Below are positions 1-13,885 of a stretch of DNA of 64,000 nt, piece by piece. The DNA is from Dicyema japonicum. Taxonomy: Eukaryota > Animalia > Dicyemida. The translations under genes were made by a program, and so were the position numbers. The notes beneath the pieces are model-generated. The model was not told where the DNA came from and searched no databases. It saw only the letters and a list, made by a program, of their open reading frames with translations. The first letter of the stretch is position 1. Every line of letters starts with the position of its first letter. Location of the stretch: contig RDEW01000029.1 in assembly GCA_011109175.1 (NCBI GenBank), positions 34,158-98,157 on the forward strand, given 5' to 3'.

Positions 1-300
1 CTTCTCTTACACCGACTTTCATGTGTATAGAGTTTCCTCTTATACACCATTATTGCCCCCTCTAACTCCACCTTTGCCCTACTCAACTCTTTGAGGTCCC
101 AGTTGGGAACACGGAGTTTACTAATTAGCCCCTTTACTATAGGCGGTGCTTTTTCTCTAACCCCTCTCGCCACACTACTTATGTGCCCCTCCAGTGCTTC
201 CAGCTCAGTCTGTCTCCAAGCAATCTTGGCACAGATCTGCCCCCTCCATTTACTGGGTGGTCTGGGCTTGTCCGTCAATTCCTCAATTTTTCTAATCACT
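1..300 (-). CDS. Open frame of about 100 codons running off the window start; unknown product (host exon or retroelement ORF1)
   Basis: The reverse strand reads stop-free (..IRKIEELTDKPRPPSKWRGQICAKIAWRQTELEALEGH..YKRKLYTHESRCKR). I could not resolve a start codon or splice junction and recognise no domain. Confidence 0.3.
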
Positions 301-559
301 GTGGGTTGAGTTTTTAATCAACTATACTCATAACTGATTCTGATGTTCAGAGAGACTTGTCACTGTATCTCCCACGTTTATATTATTGTTGAAAATTGCA
401 TACTTCGTATGAAGAAACAATTTTTCTAATCACTGTGGGTTGAGTTTTTAATCATTCGCAGATTTATATTAAATTGCGATTCCTGCTCAAATTTTAATTC
501 TCTAAACACATCTGAAGAAATTAAAATGCTCACTGTTTCTAAAAATTATGAACGATTTA

Positions 560-1340
560 TGGCTGATTGCTTCGATCTTAGAAGATATCTTCGAAAAATA
601 ATGAATTCAAATGGATTTTAACAATGATCGATTGTTTTTCCAAGTATGCCTCGGCATTTCCGCTTTTAATAAAACGGCGGAAAATGTAAAAACTTCATTG
701 GAACATCTTTTTTTGACGGTTGGTCCACCAGTGTCATTACATACTGATAACGGAAAAGAATTCCGTAATTCAATTATGACTAATTTTCTCAGCGATTGGA
801 AAGTCAACTCAATTCACGGAAAACCTAGAAATCCTAAATTACAGGGTCAAGTCGAATGTATAACCAAACGCTTAAACATTTGTTAGCAAAAACAATCTTC
901 GAAACAAGATCAACAAAGTGGGTTAATATTAAAAAAACCGTTTACAAATGTAATGTGTCTTGCCATCGTGCGACGGGAAAATCGCCGTTTAAATTATTTC
1001 GTGCCAAGTTTCAATGTTGGTGAAGTATCTGACTTGAAACTGTCAGATGAGTCAACTGAGGAATGTAGTAAGGAGGTACATTGGAGAAATATAAGAACAA
1101 AACAAAAGAAAACGCCAATAAAAATTTCAGAAAGGAAGATATAAATATTGGGAACTTTATACGTACAAAAAGAGACTTTGATAACAATCAACTGACAAGA
1201 AAATTCCCATTGGAGAGTTTTTTTGAGAGAGAATACCAAGTGATTAAAGAGCAATTGCACTCTCTCATAGTCGAAGATTCTACAAAAAACAAACAAAAAA
1301 TATCAAAGACCCGAATTAAAAAATTCAACAACAATTAGAT
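560..1340 (+). mobile_element. Degenerate DDE (rve-type) integrase remnant, Ginger/Gypsy-like
   Basis: ORF 611-886 has GPPVSLHTDNGKEF..IHGKPRNPKLQGQVE, the integrase core around the second Asp and the Glu. The C-terminal part continues in ORF 1081-1338. Frameshifted. Confidence 0.7.
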
Positions 1341-1418
1341 ATGTTTTTTACATTCTCTTATTTTCTATTATGGATTTGGTTAAAGTCAATTTCTTGAATG
1401 GGTTAGGATGAATTACAG

Positions 1419-2416
1419 CAGCGGTTCTCAACCTGGGGTCGATTCGACCCCCAGGGGTCTAAAATCAATCCAGATCGATCGTAAGGGGGTCAAAAATGAA
1501 ATATTTGGGGGTCGAAAATAAATTTAATACATTTAATTTTTTCATTTTAAATTAAGTTAGTCTATTTTTAAAGTGGTAAACCTTTGTTCTTTAGAATTTT
1601 TAAAATTACCATGCTTGTTTTTGTTCGTGTATGAGTCGTCCTTCTACAGTAAAAATTCGTCAATATAAAAATGAATTTTTGGCATTTGGATTTATAAAAA
1701 ATTCTTTTGATGATTGACCATATGCTTACTGTGTTATAAGTCATTATCAAATGATGCAATGAAACTGTCCAAATTGTTGGATCATCTTAGGAGAAAACAT
1801 TCGAATAAAAAAGATAAACCATTAGAGTATTTTGAAGAATTAAAGGATTTTTCCGTAAACAAAAAACGATTGACACTGTTTTTACAAAAAGTAATGAAAG
1901 AAACAATAGTTGTTATTTTAAATTATATTTAGGAGGACTAATTGCATCCTATAAAATTGCAATGAGAGTTATCCAAAATTGTGGACAGAAATAGCACAAT
2001 TGCTACTATATTTTCCGACATCATACTGTGTTGAATGCGGATTTAGCATTCTACATCGAATTGTAAATAAAGAACGAAACAGATTGGATGTGTCCATTAG
2101 AGGAGATATTCGTTTAAAAATAACACAAATAGTGCTAAATACCGAATCTTTGGTGAAAAAATATCAATCACATGGATCCCATTGATATTTAATTCTTTTT
2201 TTTATTATAGATTTATTCAAAGATACCAACTTGATATCGAGTATATACTTTTTTTGTTTGATTTAATTATTAACAATGAATTGATTTTAGATAGTTAACT
2301 AATTTTACTTAGAATTGTCTGTTCTAAATAAAAAAATTTTAAGGGATCAATTAAATATTAGGGGGGTCGAAAAAAAGTCAAGGGGTCGACGAGTAAAAAA
2401 AGGTTGAGAACCCCTG
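1419..2416 (+). mobile_element. Internally deleted hAT (Charlie/Buster-like) DNA transposon, about 1 kb
   Basis: TIRs CAGCGGTTCTCAACCT (1419) and AGGTTGAGAACCCCTG (ends 2416). 8-bp TSD AATTACAG / AATTAGAG. Internal fragments match the transposase N-terminus (SNDAMKLSKLLDHLRRKH) and C-terminus (FPTSYCVECGFS..RNRLD..GDIRLK). Confidence 0.9.
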
Positions 2417-2639
2417 AATTAGAGCATCGGTTGTTTTTGACAGAATACAATGTTTGAACTCTAATTAAATTGATTGTAATTTTTATCCATAAATTCTCTT
2501 TTTATTTTTGATATTAATATATTACTACTATAAATAAATCCTTAGTTAAAAGCTATCCAAATTTTATTATACATAATTCAAATATGAATTTTTTAGGGTT
2601 TCTGTGTTATGCAAGCGACAGATTTTTGAACTTTTGTCT

Positions 2640-4960
2640 TATGGATAAAAATTACTGGTGGGAGATTTGAACGCCAAGAACAGGACCTATGGATGCTATG
2701 GAAACAACAGGGACGGTCAACTACTAGCAGATTTGGTCGGGGAAATTGGAGTCGAAGTCTTAACGACCGAAGAACCTAACCACTTCTCATACTACGGGGG
2801 TGATATGCTGGGATTGGCCTTAGTATCTCCACAACTACTAGACCATGTAAACAGGCCAAGGTTACTCTGGGATATAGGGAGTGACCATATCCCTATGGAG
2901 ATGACTATAAATCTTGAACCGGATATTATTGAAGACATTTTTCTGTATTATGATACCTCGTCGGTAGACTGGGAACATTATCGTCATTATTTATCGAAGA
3001 GTATGTTAATGAAGATTAATTATTCCTTTTCTACACATAATGAGTTGGATTATTTCAATCAAGATTTATCCAATACTATTACGATGTATCTGCGATTATA
3101 TGCAAAGAAGATTTACTCAAAAATCCTTCCGAAAACGAATCAGTCCTGCCCTCCCTCTATTCGGGGTCTTATTCGCGAGAGGAATACTCTAAAGACGAAA
3201 CACAGACGATGTGTGGACATGTGGGATAGGATAACTTTGAAAAACAATATCGATGCTAACCAAAAAGTTATACAAAGAGCCTGGAAGTTGTATTCCGAAA
3301 ACCAAGTTAGGAAAGCAGCCTCGAAAGTGCACCGGAAGAATCCTTGCTTCTGGAAATTGTACTCCAGACTGACCAACAAAAATTTGAGAGCAAAGAACAT
3401 TGTACTGGCGGATCAAGATGGAAGAACAATTCCCCTGGACAGAGTACCGTCAGTATTCAGGAAACAATTAGAAAACATACAGGGAGTAGACCCAGTCAGT
3501 ATTATATCTGAAAAATTCTCAGAGGATATATCTAGCTCTATGGATTACTCCATAGACGATCTGAATAGTATGGTAGAGGAAATCACATTGGCAGAAGTCA
3601 AGACTGCTATACGGGAGTGCAAAAACAAGGCTCCTGGTTTTGATAGCATTCCGATGACTATGTTTAAAGAAGGATCCGATGAATTTCTATCTGTTCTACA
3701 AAAGATGTATAACGCAAGTTTCAAGCTCGGACATTCCCCTTCACTATGGAAGCACTCAATTGTAAAGATGATCCCTAAACCTGGAAAGTCGAGGAAAGAT
3801 CCTCTTAGTTATAGGCCTATAAGCCTTATCTGTTCTACATCGAAGATTATGGAACGGATTATTTTCAAGAAATTGAATCAATATATAGAAAAGATTAATT
3901 TTCTACAGTGTTACCAATGGGGTTTTCGGCCAGGGAGATCGTGCGGAAATTGCATTTACTCTCTAAACTATGAGATTGCAAATGCTTTTGAGAAGAGGAG
4001 CCAGTTGAGCCTTGTCTGCCTTGACATCTCTAAGGCTTTCGACAGTGTATGGCACGAGGCCTTATTCTGTCAATTGGTTCGATCAAAAATTTCAAGACAA
4101 ATGTTCCTATGGCTGAAGAACCTGTTGACTGGGAGGATATCAAACGTGGTGGTTGGTGGAAGATATTCCGAAGATATATTGTTTAAAAGAGGAGTGCCGC
4201 AGGGGTCTATTCTAAGCCCTCTATTATTCAACATATTTATGGAAGATTTTCCTTCTCCACAAAACGTTAGGACCAAGCTGATGATTTATGCGGATGACAT
4301 CTTAATCCTAGACTCATCTCTGAAGGCCTACATCTCTGAGCGACGAATCGGGGCTTTTGTCGACAGAGTTCGGACATGGTGCGATAGGAGAGGGATGAAA
4401 CTATCCACAGAAAAATCCAGTTACTTGCGAATATGCAGGCTGGGTCGACACCAGAGAGAGATGTATACGCTACGGATACCGAGAGTCTCTAGCCTGAAAT
4501 ACCTGGGGATTGCAGTGGATGGAAGAGGATCGTATCGGAAGGACATCGAGGAGCGGAGAAAGAAGGCCGTTCAAGCGATGTTCTGCTCCAGAAAACTTAT
4601 GCTGGACGCCGATACAATGCTCTATATCTTCCGAACTGTGATTCTCCCAAGACTGATATACGGATGCGAGGGATGGTATTATACTCCCTCGAGAGAAAGG
4701 ATTCTCGCTCGCCTGGAGAAAATAAGGCGAGCGGCGATAAAAATATCTCTGGGGAGGAAATTACATGAAAGCCTCTCCGAGGAAGAGAATAGCCTTGTCA
4801 GGCCGGTAAAAATAGATATCGAAGTAAGGTTGGGTAACCAGCTTCTCAATGCGTACTAAATGGACGACTACAATGGAGATGGGATACGTGTGAAGTGTCC
4901 AGGCCGCTAAGGCGGACACGATTAAAATCCCTTTAATTAACTCCCTACTTACTTTGGAAT
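2640..4960 (+). mobile_element. 5'-truncated LINE (I/Jockey-like); uninterrupted 733-aa ORF with APE C-terminal part and RT
   Basis: ORF 2658-4859 carries GDLNA and GSDHIP (endonuclease) plus YRPISL, DISKAFD, GVPQGSILSPLLFN and YADD (RT). The 3' UTR has a hairpin and an AT-rich tail. Confidence 0.93.
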
Positions 4961-5249
4961 AAATTTGATTTGATTTTGAACTTTTGTCGCGTTTTCAATT
5001 CTTTTGATAATGTTGCAATTGTTCAATACTTGTGGTCATTATGGATATATTGTGATTCCTTTGGTTTCATTAAGACTCCTGTAACCATATGTTTTGGACT
5101 GATAAGTTTGACTTATTGAAAAAGTGCTCCAAAGCGGGGTTTTGTATTTTAAATTTAGGCTTCCTATTGGTCAAAAAATGTAAAAATCATTCAAAATAAT
5201 ATTTATTAAAAAATCGCCCCCAAAACAGAGGGTGCCCGAAGGCCGGGGT

Positions 5250-5965
5250 CGTACTGTATATAAATTCCAAAAGAGGAAGATTGATTTTCAAAAATAATTA
5301 CAATTTCAATGGAAAAAAAAAGCTCAATTACAATCCTTCTGTCATTGTTGATCCAAGGAACTGAGTGCTCTTAACGGATGAACAGGTGAATAGAACTAAA
5401 AAGAGATTATTTGACCTTGAACTAAAAATCAAGAATCACAAAACATATAAGAATGTGGGGATACATTACACATAATATTGACATTCACATTGAACCCATT
5501 ACCTCATCGTCGAATGACGAATTCGAAAATTATTTGAACAAAATTGAAAGAGCAAAACGAATTAAAACCGACCACTTAAGACCTTTGAATTCAAATTGCA
5601 ACTTTTAAAACAGAAATTCGATTCCTGGACTGATGTTATACTTCAATACGATCGTTCTTGGCAAATACCACTTTATGGTCTTATTGAGTATTACCCTGAA
5701 ACTATCAAAAAATCAGCTATGATATCTCTTGCTCTACCTCCTACACAAGTCGGCGTAAAAAGAATGTTTTCTGGGCTAAAATTTATCAAATCAGACCTTC
5801 GAGCTTCTATGAAGGAAGACCTGGTCGAAGCTATATTATTTCTAAAAAATAATAGTTAAATTTTCTTTTCTAAATGTTTTTTCTGTTATTCTTACAACGT
5901 CTGAATTTTTTTGTATAATAACCGGAGTCGGAGTCGTGCTATATTTTACCGAATCCACAGCCCTG
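5250..5965 (+). mobile_element. 3' remnant of a hAT transposon (dimerisation domain plus right TIR)
   Basis: ORF 5596-5859 has LALPPTQVGVKRMFSGLKFIKSDLRASM (hATC-like). The end CCGGAGTCGGAGTC..GAATCCACAGCCCTG reads as a CAGGGCTGTGGA-type TIR on the reverse strand. Confidence 0.75.
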
Positions 5966-6539
5966 GATAGAATGAATGAATCTTTAACTACAAACCAACA
6001 GAACAGCGTGTATCACTTTTGTTTATTTTAAATATTTTTTTTAAATAAATAATTTGTAAATTTATTTAGTGAACTAAAAATTTACTATTTTAATCATCTC
6101 TACATAAAGGAACCTCCAATTCTAAAACGAACTGGAATCGTTTTCATTTTCATAAATACACTCTCTTTTCATTTTCGAATCGTTTTCATTAATATAAATT
6201 TTGTTTTCATAAATATAAATTTTTAAAGAATTTTTTAGGTTTTAAAAATCAAAAATAACATCAAAAATTGATTATTCTGCCTTAATTTCCAGATAATGGA
6301 AATAATATTTCATATAAAATCATTATAATTGCATTCTTAACAATAGCCAATCATCCATAAAATCAATAATATTCTCATGCAACTGATTAGTCTAATTCTC
6401 TCTAATTTTATCAATTCTCGTTAACATTCTTATATCAAAGCTTAAGGAATATTGATAAAACTAATCTACAAATTGTTGTTAGAGTAGAATAAATGAACAG
6501 ATTAGTAAATTAAATAAAAATCCAGTTATAAATAATATA

Positions 6540-9500
6540 CTAAAGGACAGTGACTGATGGTCGTTGACTTAGGTTAGGGTCCTTTTTATCTTGTGCCAAA
6601 CATTCATTGAATGCTCGTATTACTCTCAGTTGAGAACGAATACGCTGGGCAGATCTTATCCACAAGATTTGTCCGTGGGATTTGCTTAGGACACTCATTC
6701 GTTCCTCAGTAATTATTTGGATCTCTTCGCTGGGCATTCTCCCTACAGCAATTCCCCTGGGAAGTCTTTTCGTGGGAATGAATATGAGGATCTATAATAA
6801 CAAGTCCAGTCCACCTGCTCCCATATAAGTGACCCCAATCCAAACACAAAGCAAATTATCCAATCAACGAATGTCAAATGTCGTGTTTTAAACACATACG
6901 ATCCAAATTCCACAATAATCACGTGCACAAAAAACGTGGATAACCAAATTACTGAAAACATAGGATTCTTGAGTATATTTTCGAACACGTTTCTCTCTCC
7001 GTGAATTTTTCTACAGTTTATTTCATTCATTAAGGTCATCAGTACAAACACGTTAAAAATAATGGTAAAATCCCCCTCTGGAGACTCAGAAAAGTGGAAC
7101 ATTGGCTCTACGATAACAAAATCGACCCACCGAGGTATAAAATGACAAATATGACCACAAGCTGGTAGAATGAATGACCAAGTATGGACTTCATCATATT
7201 CCTCGATATTAGGGCTTTCGTCCTTCCGTAAGGCCGTCTGTTAAGCAAAGCCTCCGTCGGTTTTTCGGTGGCCAAGGCCAAAGAAGCGAAGGTGTCCATG
7301 ATCAGATTAACCCACAGCATTTGGATGGCAGAAAGGGGACTTGACTGGCAATAAATTCAGAAGGAACCAGAAAAACAGCCGATCCAACAAAGGCGACGAT
7401 TACAGCCACCATGTTTACTGTGAGCTGAAACTTGAGGAATTTTGAAATGTTGTCGTATACATTCCTCCCCCACATTACAGCCTTCACTATACTGGAAAAG
7501 TTATCATCCGTTATGATTATGTCAGAAGCCTTCTTGGCCACGTCAGTACCAGCCATCCCCTAAAATAAGTCCCCCCATACCATAGAAAACCCGACGTCAG
7601 CCTTCTTTAGTGCAGGGGCGTCGTTGGTTCCGTCTCCGGTCACGGCGACTACTTGACGGTTCTTAGACAAATTGCTGTTAATGATCCCATTAATGAGAGT
7701 GTATTTATCCGCGGGGGATGACCGAGCCAGAACCATCAGTTTGGGCCATATTTTGTCCAATAATCTTTGGTCGACCTTCCAATAAGCCAATATAGACCTT
7801 GTTATCAGGGGTTCTGATCATGAGATTAAATTTGGCACTGTCCATGATAAGAGAGTTATCGTTGGGGGTTATAATACCACATTTGAGGGCGATTGACTGA
7901 GCTGTGTTGATATTGTCCCCAGTAATCATCCTCACAACGATTCCTGCTTTTTTGACCTTTCTTATGGCTTCAGGGACCTCATCTCTAATCGGGTCCTCAA
8001 TCCCCGTAATAGCCACACAGGTCAAATCCTTGAAAACCGAATCCTCGTCATCCCAGTCAGGCTCTACAATAAAGACACCCAACTACCTTCATCAAGGGGG
8101 AAATCCCTGTAGGCCAAACAAAGAGTCCTCAGTCCAGACTTGGCCATTTGAGATATCACATTCTCAAAGATATACTTAATATCAGATGTCTTTAGAAAAT
8201 GGATCTGTCCCTTGGTGTTAAACGTGGAGGAACACCTAAGAATATATGGAAACAGTCACTTATAGAGGATCAACTCGGTAGCACCCTTGCAATACAGTCT
8301 AAAAGAGTTGTCAGTCCTAATGACAGTGGACATTGACTTTCTGATAGAATTGAAGGTGTAAAGCTTATAGAAGGATTGCTGAGGATAATCAGTTCTTATT
8401 TGTTTATAATTTACGTTAAATCGACCCAACAATCCCAACAAGGCACATTCCGTCTTGTTGCCCATCTGTTTGGGTCTTCCAGAGACATCATCCACCAAGA
8501 CAGACGTATAGGATGAGTTTACTGCTATACAAGGTTTGAGGACCTTCATGATCTCTGTGGGAATGATCTCCACTCTCGGCACAAATTTAAAGTACTTTCC
8601 TGAAATGAAAAAAAAGTGAACCAGCAATAAAAAGTTCGACCACAGTCATCCTATTCGTAGTAAGAGTACCCGTTTTATCAGAACAAATGGTCGTGGCACT
8701 CCCCATTGTCTCACAGGCGTCCAAATGACGAACCAAATTGTTGTCATAAATCATTTTCTTCACAGAATAAGCCAGAGACAATGTCACAGCCAGTGGAAGT
8801 CCCTCGGGCAGGGCAACCACAAGAACAGTGACACCTGTGATGAAATGTCCTATCAAAAGGTGAAGGTGCATTCCACTGTCCCATGGCTTATTCTCAACAG
8901 CGTAGGTCTTTACACAGAAACGGATCAGTAGAGTAATGGTGGTGAGAACTGCCATTATGAGTCCTGGGAGTAATTTACACTAAAACCGAAAACTCCGATC
9001 TTCAAAGTCAGTTTTGACAGTTTACTTTGAAGAATTGATTGCTGACTGCCTTTAATCTCCTCCATGTTGTTATTCTGGTAAGTTTGGACTACAAATGAGC
9101 ATAATCAAACGTAGATCCATAGTCTCCCCTTTTTCGTGGTTTTCTGCAATAACAAGAATAATCACCAATTTCGACCCCCTTATTTTTCTTGGATTTTTTC
9201 TTGACAACTCCCAATAGAGAAGCAATAATTCCCGACTGAGAATTAACACCAACAGCGAGGACCAGCATGGTTCCACTCCCCTCCATCACGTGGGTTCCTT
9301 AGGGTGAATCATTGGGTTTACCAGAGAAAACAAGGGGGTTACGAGTCTTGCTCTTTTTGACAATATCAGACTCACCAGTGAGGGAACTCTCATCAATCTT
9401 TAGGTCGGATGAGTAAATGATGACTCCATCAGCGGGGATGAGATCCCCATATTTGAGAGAACAGAGATCACCCACTACGATTTGATCCACGTTTATGTTG

Positions 9501-10033
9501 GTGATCTTTCCACCTCGAGTCACACTGAAGTTGCTTTCCTGACTGATTTGACCGTAAAGTCCCTGAAACTGTTTCTCCTTCTGGTAGTCGTTAACAGCTG
9601 TCACCAAAACGACTAGAAAAACAGCAATCACAATCGCCAAGGACTCAATCCACTGCAAGTTGTGGTCCCCATCTTAATAGAAATGTCATGGATACCGTTA
9701 CTGGGTACAAACGACACACCGAACGAAACAACGGCAGCTCCCAACAGAATCAGTAAAATTGTATCATTGAAGGCCTCCAAGAGTAGTTGTATAAATTTTT
9801 TTGGGGGCTTAGAAGGGATCACGTTTTCCCCGAAAAGATCTCGGTGACGTTCAATGATAACGGAATCGTCGGGGAGACCTAAACTAAATTCAGTTATAAC
9901 CAGAATCCACTGAAGAGTTGAGTAAACTACAAAGCCTCTCCACTGATTGAAACTCCTCCTCAATATATTTGACAGCATCAACAGATCTGTACTTGAGAAT
10001 ATTTGCGAGTTGAGGGACAGTAAGATTCGTCAT
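6540..10033 (-). CDS. ATP2B: Plasma-membrane calcium-transporting P2B ATPase (PMCA), 15 exons
   Basis: Motifs: [45 protein letters not shown], and the C-terminal calmodulin-binding [22 protein letters not shown]. Removing 14 GT-AG introns of 21-24 nt (e.g. 9879-9900, 9673-9695, 9298-9321, 8600-8621, 7560-7580) gives one ORF from the ATG at 10033. Confidence 0.96.
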
Positions 10034-10859
10034 TATGATATTTTATCTGTAATCGTATTTATGTGAGAATTTAATCGCAGTGCAAGACTAACAGCGATGG
10101 ATAATAAGTCGGATGGAAATTATAAATGTAAGAATATTGATCACAGCTTGGTATGCATTATTGATGACAATTAAACCTATTCATAAATGACAGGTAAATA
10201 AAAAATAATCATTTACTACGAGAATCAACTTAATTATAATTTTTAAATTATTTATTTTTTGAATAAAAATTTGAATAAACGCGCCAATTTTAAACAATTT
10301 TTACGACCTTGTGTACCATCTACAAGATAACAAGCATTCATTTAAGTGAGGTCAATTAAGATTGATTAATGACTTGATGCTAATTCAGCTGATCAACTGT
10401 TTCTATTAAATGAACATTAATCAATTAGGCAATTAGCAATTGGCATTTCAGACAAATTATCCTGTCTACAAATCACTGTTAAATCATCCATGTCAATCCA
10501 TTTAAAATTATATTAGCGTTGCTTTTCTGACTTTTTACATATTTTTTATTATCAAAAGCAAAAAATCAATTAAAAATGATCCCCACTGATATATCGACGT
10601 TGCTTTTCCTAATCGATTCTTACAAATTTGTAGAAAATTAGTATCTATGATTATTATTATTAAAAGTCTAAAAGATCGTGCTTCAGTTGTTAAATTAAAA
10701 ATACATCTTTTTTCTATAAAAAGAACATGGTTTAATTGTTGTGGTGTTTTTATATTTCAATTAGAAATTAATGTCTAAAGCTTCACTGCCAACCGCAAAA
10801 CAATTTCCGGCTATTCTATTTAAAAATCTTGGAAACGGGGATTTACTTTTCTAACGTCG

Positions 10860-13130
10860 ATTTTCAACCATTAGATTAATCACAATGTAAATCTCTTGAA
10901 AACAGGCACTAATACGGCCAATACCGGAACCTGGAAGACCAAGAGATGACCCTTTTAGACTTGTGTCACTACTATGTTTCATGTCTTGTGCTCGGGAGAA
11001 TAAAAAATTTTACCAGATAGGCCTTTTCAACATGGATTCAAAAATGAGAAATCTACATACAAACATTGACAGATTTCACTCGATTCGAATTTGTAAATAA
11101 GCAGAAGCACTTAACAGCAGTCCACTGTTCGATCGACATTAACAAAGTGTTAGACTCAGTCTCGAGGATGATACTATTCTGCTCTGTTTAATTTTTTTCT
11201 GCCCGATCTCCCGAATCTGGAATTCGATAATGATGTTTTACTCTTTTGGCTCCGCGAGATTGGGACATCCAGAAGGCCACAGGAAGAATACAAATTAACC
11301 TGGACCAGCTTAACGCCTGGATAATGGAAAACTGACTCATGGTAATGCAAAGAAGTCATCTACCTTGGACAAAGGATTTGGAAGGAAGACAGTCACCTTG
11401 AGTTAAACAATGTCGATATCTTTTTCAACAGATGTTCGGGAAAAGATAAGGTCACTAATGGAATGCATCGGGTGATAATTATAATTAGTTTGCATAATTA
11501 GTTTGCTTATATCGTGGTCTTGGGTTGTTAAATAAATCTTTATTTTTCTCTGCAACGCGGTTTCAGTTCTTTGAGTGCTTGTGGGTTTCTTATTGTCTTA
11601 ATGGTTTGAATAACAAGAGCTGATGGAAGTATTCTGCATGTTTGGTAGTGGAATCCTCTAGGAAGTTTTCTATCACTTAAGAGTTTCAGTCGACTGAAAG
11701 AATCAAAAATTATTGAAATAAAAATTCCTAGAATTGTTGCCCCCGTTTTGAATTTTTGTTTTCCTTCAATATGTATTCACAAAGCATAGTTTTTTGGAAA
11801 TCGTTATGACATACTTTACTTTTCCTTGACCTTATCATCAATATGTTCGAAAACNTCTGTTTAACCTTTTTCTGCCCGATCTCCCGAATCTGGAATTCGA
11901 TAATGATGTTTTACTCTTTTGGCTCCGCGAAATTGGGACATCCAGAAGGCCACAGAAAGAATACAAATTAACCTGGACCAGCTTAACGCCTGGATAATGG
12001 AAAACTGACTCATGGTGAATGCAAAGAAGTCGTCTACCTTGGACAAAGGATTTGGAAGGAAGACAGTCACCTTGGGTTAAACAATGTCGATATCTTTTTC
12101 AACAGATGTTCGGGAAAAGATAAGGTCACTAATGGAATGCATCGGGTGATATTATAATTAGTTTGCATAATTAGTTTGCTTTTATCGTGGTCTTGGGTTG
12201 TTAAATAAATCTTTATTTTTCTCTGCAACGCGGTTTCAGTTCTTTGAGTGCTTGTGGGTTTCTTATTGTCTTAATGGTTTGAATAACAAGAGCTGATGTA
12301 AGTATTCTGCATGTGTGGTACTGGAATCCTCTAGGAAGTTTTCTATCACTTAAGAGTTTCAGTCGACTGAAAGAATCAAAAATTATTGAAATAAAAATTC
12401 CTAGAATTGTTGCCCCCGTTTTGAATTTTTGTTTTCCTTCAATATGTATTCACAAAGCATAGTTTTTTGGAAATCGTTATGACATACTTTACTTTTCCTT
12501 GACCTTATCATCAATATGTTCGAAAACTATATAAGTTCTGTATTTGAAGAGTTCCTTCTAGTCTATCTGGGCTTTTGCTGTTTTTAAGTTTCAAAGACGC
12601 AAGCTGTAATTCTGTTATTGTCTCTTTCAGTTCTCGTTGTTCAGCAGTAAATGCTATAATCACAGGATATCTGATGTAATGTCTATTTGTCTTTTATGAT
12701 TTCCGATATTTCATTCTGATGAGCAATTTGTCTCTCATGTCATTGAGAGTTATTGAAGGTTTATACAAGCAACCACTAACGTAAAACTTTTTTATCTTTA
12801 GGTTATCGATATGTTTGATATATGACTCCTGTCAACGAACTTCTTTATTTTTTCTTAATGTATGCTTGTTTCATGCAGATTGTCTGTTAGGGTGTCATTA
12901 TTTTATGAATTAGTCCTCACGATTTGGAGGTGGCAACTTTATAGTCATGTCGTTGAGTTCCAGATATTTCATGTACCCATAACCACAGTTTGTGTCAATC
13001 TTTAAGCTTACCTGATGTCTAGAATGTAAAATAGCCTCGTCTACAATGTGGACAATACTCCTATCTAATAGCATACGTATATAAACTGGATGACGGGAAG
13101 ATGTCCTCTTCATTTAGCTACTTCTCCAAG
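10860..13130 (-). mobile_element. Degraded LINE remnants, including a ~685-bp tandem duplication joined at an N (11856)
   Basis: Short broken frames are LINE-like. 11170-11855 is nearly identical to 11856-12540. Each copy contains a GTGGTCTTGGGTTGTTAAATAAA 3' tail shared with other LINE ends in the window. Confidence 0.55.
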
Positions 13131-13885
13131 TTGAATCATTTATTTCGAGTTGTCGCGCTCCAATTCTGTCGTTAATGCTCCAGTATCAGGAAATATGCAA
13201 ATCATCCCCATTGATTCGGCCCACTGAAAGGAAGATTAAATAATAATCCCCATGACGTTATTCTATAGTTTAGTCTTCTGAAGGTATCAAAACTATATCC
13301 CTCCAAATAACTAGCTGATTGAGTTTTACATATTTATTTTAAGAAATAATCTTATAATTGTCACTATGGTAATATTTTACAGTCCTTTACTTTATTTCTC
13401 TTCATCTAGTGGCGAAATCGGATCCACCTTACTCAGCGGACCCCCAATGACTGACAGGCATTCAAAAGGATCTATCTTTTAATTCAACCATGAAGACTAT
13501 TTCGTTCCCTGGCGACGAGTTCTGGTTTCGACCTCAGCTTCCCGAACAATGTCCTTTGGATGAATGTACTTGGATATACCGCTCTACTGTAGCGTATCAG
13601 AGGATTAGTTAGTTTTATCCTTGGTCTTTGGAACACTTTCATTTCACGAGGACAATAAGACATCTAGGAGTATTCATCAAAGGAGACACAAACTGAATAT
13701 TCAGAAGGGTTAATACAACCATTAACAATTATGTCATAGTTTCGTATACTTGTTGAGACAAATTATCAATCATTTCACTAAGGGTACCCTTTGCACAGAA
13801 TATATAACTATTTGGGTGTGATTGGTAGTTGAATCCCCGAACTAATGAAATATAACCATAAATAATAAAATTATAACAACCAAAG

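Noticed and set aside
6540-10033. Reading the fragmented PMCA, IARS2 and other ORFs as pseudogenes or a non-standard genetic code
   Set aside because: Every break is resolved by a 21-26-nt GT-AG intron under the standard code, with catalytic motifs intact.
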